64,000 nt of DNA. It comes from Myxococcales bacterium (GTDB taxonomy: Bacteria; Myxococcota_A; Polyangia; Palsa-1104). The DNA is taken from contig PNAM01000096.1 in the NCBI GenBank assembly GCA_003170275.1, forward strand, positions 34,944 to 98,943. The letters are read 5' to 3'. Below, in pieces: positions 60,406-64,000 of this stretch (positions are counted from its first letter, which is position 1; each line of letters opens with the position of its first letter). The position numbers and the translations under genes are program-made. The notes under the pieces were generated by a model. The model was given only the letters and a program-made list of their open reading frames with translations, had not been told where the DNA came from and did not search any database.

Positions 60406-60863
60406 AGACCTCCGACTATTTTCGCTGGCTGATCCCGGGCGTGCTGGCGGGCGGCCCGCACCTCGATCCCTACGGCGAGCCGGGTCAGCTCGCGCGCGCG
60501 ACCGCCGACCTCGCGCTACACGGCATCGGCGCGGTGATCTCGGTCGTCGAGCTGCCGCTCGCGCTCGAGGGCCTCGAGTACCTGCACGCGCCCACGCCCG
60601 ACGGCGAAGCGCCCGAAGATCTCGAGCACCTGTGCATGTTCATCGACGCCGCCAAGCAGCGCGGCGTCGCCACCTTCGTCCACTGCCAGGCCGGCCAGGG
60701 CCGCACCGGCACCGTCCTCGCCGCCTACCTGATCTGGTCCCGCGGCCTGCGCGCCTGGGAAGCCGTCGACGAAGTGCGCCGCGCGTACCACACCTCCGCC
60801 GTCGAGTCCGCCGCGCAGCTCGCCGCCCTCGAGGTGTTCGCCCGCCGCCACAAACTGATCTGA
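60402..60863 (+). CDS. Dual-specificity/Cdc14-like protein phosphatase
   Basis: GTGA overlap; WLIPGVLAGG, PDGEAP (acid loop), VHCQAGQGRTG (CX5R), VESAAQ. Confidence 0.9.
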   Translation: MKTSDYFRWLIPGVLAGGPHLDPYGEPGQLARATADLALHGIGAVISVVELPLALEGLEYLHAPTPDGEAPEDLEHLCMFIDAAKQRGVATFVHCQAGQGRTGTVLAAYLIWSRGLRAWEAVDEVRRAYHTSAVESAAQLAALEVFARRHKLI

Positions 60864-60869
60864 GCAGGT

Positions 60870-61664
60870 CTAGTTGATGCCGAGGGCGAACGGGATCACG
60901 GCGACGTTGGCGATCTGGCCGGTGGCGGTCGATTGGAAGAAGACCTCCATCGGGCGGTGCTGGCCGTCGATGTACAGGTCGAAGAAGACCGGCTCGACGT
61001 TGACGGTGAAGCCGATCCCGTCGACCTCGTCGATGGCGAAGGTGTCGAAGTCGATGCGCTCCCCGCCAGCGACCGCGTAAGGCTGCGAGACGAAGTCGTC
61101 GGCCTCGATCGGGCAGCCCGGGGAGCCGCTACAGCCGGTAGACACGTTCGAGAACGCGCCGGGCGTGTAGATCGATCCCCAGAACTCCTGGAACATGCCG
61201 ACCGACTGCCCGTAGCCCGTCCAGTACAGCTGGAACGCGTCGCCGGTGGCGGTGGTGATCCCGTAGCCGGCTTGCACGCCTGCTGCCACGCTCACCGCCA
61301 CGTCCGGTGTGATCTGGTAGGAGGTGGTGTTACCCGGTGGGAACGGCGCGTCGGCGCCCAGCGGATGGTTGACGCACGACGGGCAGCTCCCGCCGCAGTC
61401 GATCCCGGTCTCGCTGCCGTTCTGGATCCCGTCCGAGCAGGTAGGCGTCACCACCACGCCGCAGCGGCCGCCGTTGCACACGCCGGCCACGCAATCCTGC
61501 CCCGAGATGCACCCGCGCCCGTCGCCGCACGGCGCGCAGCTGCGCCCGCCGCAGTCCACGTCGGTCTCGTCGCCGTTGATGATCCCGTCGCTGCAGCTGG
61601 TCGCGACCACCACGATGCAGCTCGAGGAGGTGAGCGCGAGCAGGGCCAGTCCGAGAATTCGCAT
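60870..61664 (-). CDS. Cys-rich lipoprotein
   Basis: LTSSS-C lipobox-like; two CSDGIxNGxETxxDCGG repeats; TATACT box 6 nt upstream. Confidence 0.82.
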   Translation of the reverse strand: MRILGLALLALTSSSCIVVVATSCSDGIINGDETDVDCGGRSCAPCGDGRGCISGQDCVAGVCNGGRCGVVVTPTCSDGIQNGSETGIDCGGSCPSCVNHPLGADAPFPPGNTTSYQITPDVAVSVAAGVQAGYGITTATGDAFQLYWTGYGQSVGMFQEFWGSIYTPGAFSNVSTGCSGSPGCPIEADDFVSQPYAVAGGERIDFDTFAIDEVDGIGFTVNVEPVFFDLYIDGQHRPMEVFFQSTATGQIANVAVIPFALGIN

Positions 61665-61678
61665 GCCGCCAGTATACG

Positions 61679-62881
61679 TCAGGGATCGATCGCGTAGGCG
61701 GGATCCGCAGCGTCGCTGGTGATCCAGGTCACCGTGAATTTCTTGCTCGCTCCTGCGAAGCGATAGCTGCGTTGATCGCCGCTCGACTCGTCCGCGATCA
61801 ACCGCGCGGTCGGATCGAGACCGGCGAGCTGCGCGAGCTGCGCGAGCGCGGGCTTGGGCGTGCCGTCGAAGCGCACCACGCCGAACGCGTCCTCGGGCGG
61901 AAACGCTTCCGGATGCGGCCCGTCGTCGAGCGTGTAGGCGGCGACGCGATCGGCGCCGGCGGCCAGCGCTTCGATCGCGCCGCGCACCAGGAAGCGCGCC
62001 TGCGTCGCCTCGTCGACGGTGCCGTAGACCGGATAGCCGTACTCGGTGACCCAGATCGGTTTCTGCTTGTCGCCGTAGTAGACGAGCGTTGCGCGCACCC
62101 GCGCCAGCTTGAGCCCGAGCGCGTAATCGCGACCGTCGGTGACCTCGGGCGCGCGCTGCGGCGGATAGTTGGGATAGGGGTGAAACGCCAGCGCGTCGTA
62201 GAAGCTGCCGAGGTCGGGCCGCGCGAAGTACGCGTCGGCGAGAAAGTCCTCGCCGGTGGTGGACACGCCTTCAGCGTTCAGCCCGCCGAACGCCACCAGC
62301 GCCGCCGGATCGCCGCGCTTGACGGCCGGGTACGCGCGCGCGAGCAGCTCGGCATACGCCGCCGGATCTTCGTTCGGCTTCCAGAAGCGAAAGCCCAGGT
62401 TGGGCTCGTTCCAGATCTCCCACGCCGCCACGCGCCCGCGAAAGTGCTGCGCCACGGTCTCCACGAAGGTCGCGTACTTGTCGGGATCGGGCGGCGCGTC
62501 CTCGTCGCCGGTCGGCGTGGCCCAGGCGACGTCGTAGGCGAGGATGCCGATGGTGGCGAGGCCGCGCGCGTTGGTCGCGTCGACCGCCGCGTCCTCGGCG
62601 GCGAAGTCGAACGTGCCGGCCTGCGGCTCGAGCTGCGCCCAGAGGAAATCGCGGCGCACGAACCCCGCGTGTAGTGCGCCGAGCCGATCGAGGTCGGCGG
62701 ATCGCGCGGTCGCGTCGTCGAGCGAGAGCTGCGCGGCGATGCCGAGCGCCTGCCCGATCGGCACCGCCGACGGCGCGAACTGCGCGGTCACGCCGCTCAG
62801 GTCGGGCGGCGGCTTGCGCGCCGGCGGCCCTCCGCAGCCCACCCATATTAATGATACGAGGAGCGGGCCTCTGAGGGTCAT
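61679..62881 (-). CDS. Clan GH-A glycoside hydrolase (GH39/GH5-like) lipoprotein
   Basis: ATGA overlap with cobC; IWVG-C lipobox; WEIWNEPN, AFHPY, IWVTEYG. Confidence 0.85.
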   Translation of the reverse strand: MTLRGPLLVSLIWVGCGGPPARKPPPDLSGVTAQFAPSAVPIGQALGIAAQLSLDDATARSADLDRLGALHAGFVRRDFLWAQLEPQAGTFDFAAEDAAVDATNARGLATIGILAYDVAWATPTGDEDAPPDPDKYATFVETVAQHFRGRVAAWEIWNEPNLGFRFWKPNEDPAAYAELLARAYPAVKRGDPAALVAFGGLNAEGVSTTGEDFLADAYFARPDLGSFYDALAFHPYPNYPPQRAPEVTDGRDYALGLKLARVRATLVYYGDKQKPIWVTEYGYPVYGTVDEATQARFLVRGAIEALAAGADRVAAYTLDDGPHPEAFPPEDAFGVVRFDGTPKPALAQLAQLAGLDPTARLIADESSGDQRSYRFAGASKKFTVTWITSDAADPAYAIDP

Positions 62882-63507
62882 GGTCCTGGCGTTCCGTTGA
62901 CCAGCCGGACCAGCACCGTGCTGGCGAAGTAGTCGATGATGCTGGCCGACGCGTAGGCCTGATCGAGCCGGAACAGATCGTCGTCCGCGAGGTGCAGCGC
63001 CTCGGCGAGGATCGCCCGGGTGACGCCGCCGTGCGCGACCACGGCCACCGTGCCGCCGGCGTGCGCACGAACCAGCTCGCGCGCCTCGCCGAGCACGCGC
63101 TCGCGCAGCCGCGCGTAGCTCTCCCCGCCCGGAAAGGTGACGCGCGTCGGGTGCGCCATCCACGCGGCGTAGAACTCCGGATGTTGCGCGCGCGCTTCGT
63201 CGTAGGTGAGCCCCTCGAGGCTGCCGAAGTCGATCTCGCGCAGCCCCTCGCGCAGCTGCACGGTGAGGCCGCGCGCGGACGCGAACGGTGCGGCGCTCTC
63301 GAGCGCGCGTCTTCGCGGGCTGGAATAGATCGCCTGCAGCGGCGCGGCGGCGAGCCAGCGGGCGGTGTGCGCGGCCTGCTCGCGGCCGCGCGGCGACAGG
63401 CCCACGTCGAGCCGGCCGTAGCAGCGCCCGTGGCTGTCGACCTCCGGCTCGCCGTGCCGCACCAGCACGAGGCGCGTGGCGCCGGTCATCAGCGCCCAGT
63501 CGATCAT
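62878..63507 (-). CDS. cobC: Histidine phosphatase, alpha-ribazole phosphatase-like
   Basis: LVRHGE, YSSPRRRA, LREIDFG, FPGGES, VAHGG; directly downstream of cobS. Confidence 0.8.
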   Translation of the reverse strand: MIDWALMTGATRLVLVRHGEPEVDSHGRCYGRLDVGLSPRGREQAAHTARWLAAAPLQAIYSSPRRRALESAAPFASARGLTVQLREGLREIDFGSLEGLTYDEARAQHPEFYAAWMAHPTRVTFPGGESYARLRERVLGEARELVRAHAGGTVAVVAHGGVTRAILAEALHLADDDLFRLDQAYASASIIDYFASTVLVRLVNGTPGP

Positions 63508-63526
63508 GCGCTCTGCCCGCGCGGCA

Positions 63527-64000
63527 TCAGCCGACCGCGACCGCGAGCACGTACACGATCGCTTCGCACACCTCGGTGTTCGCGCCCAGCGTGTCGCCGG
63601 TGACGCCGCCGATGCGATCGAGGCACATGCGCCCGTTGGCTAGGCTGACGAACGCCGCGCCCGCCCACAAGATCCCGCCGCGCTGCCAGCCGCACAGCCC
63701 GAAAGCGAACGCGCCCGCCAGCACCGTCGAGCCGAGCAGCTCGAGCGGGCCCACGTGATCGGTGAGCGCGGCGCCCAGCCCGCCGCCTTCGCGACGCGCG
63801 TACGGCAACAGGCGGCTGAGCGGCACCGAGCCCCAACGCGCTAGCGCGGCCGCGGCGATCAGCACGCGCCAGCCGTCGACGGTGGGGATCAGCGTCGTCA
63901 GCGCCGCGACCTTGATCGCCAGCACGACGATCAGCGCGACCGCGCCGTACGCGCCGATCGCGTGGTCGCGCATGATGCGCAGCACATCCTCGCGGGTGCG
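63527..64000 (-). CDS. cobS: Adenosylcobinamide-GDP ribazoletransferase, 3' part (5' end outside window)
   Basis: LRIMRDHAIGAYG, YARREGGGLG, RIGGVTGDTLGANTE. Confidence 0.92.
   Translation of the reverse strand, partial: RTREDVLRIMRDHAIGAYGAVALIVVLAIKVAALTTLIPTVDGWRVLIAAAALARWGSVPLSRLLPYARREGGGLGAALTDHVGPLELLGSTVLAGAFAFGLCGWQRGGILWAGAAFVSLANGRMCLDRIGGVTGDTLGANTEVCEAIVYVLAVAVG

Overview
High-GC (~70% by eye) chromosomal window, most likely from a Myxococcota (Polyangia-like) bacterium. The evidence is many Cys-rich and Asp-Gly-linker lipoproteins, a MYXO-CTERM-type motif, two Hanks kinases and sigma54-like promoters. About 46 real CDSs are present; most other long ORFs in the track are GC-rich antisense or frame shadows. 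I found no rRNA, tRNA, CRISPR array, transposase or integrase. The window contains: a cluster of exported beta-propeller, FG-GAP and TPR proteins ending in a Ser/Thr kinase (1-13.9 kb); a sigma54-type VWA / VIT-VWA / propeller operon; an nrtX-nrtY pair with two tandem NrtR-type operators; large Cys-rich lipoproteins; a RoxA-like di-heme cytochrome; two TetR modules with visible operators; treY; a GAF-PilB/GspE ATPase; GH1; DPP-IV; an HD + dual-specificity phosphatase pair; and the end of a cobS-cobC operon. The most notable observations are: (1) a 1590-aa protein with an internal MYXO-CTERM-like signal fused directly to a second lipoprotein signal peptide, a candidate polyprotein; (2) TANNNT boxes 6-8 nt before the ATG of about 11 genes, suggesting leaderless expression; (3) an ITIH-like VIT-VWA protein with a GDP motif where ITIH self-cleaves; (4) a sigma54-driven 47-aa acidic, Trp-rich peptide; (5) a membrane-anchored stand-alone JAMM protease. 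All family calls come from motif recognition by eye; no database searches were run.
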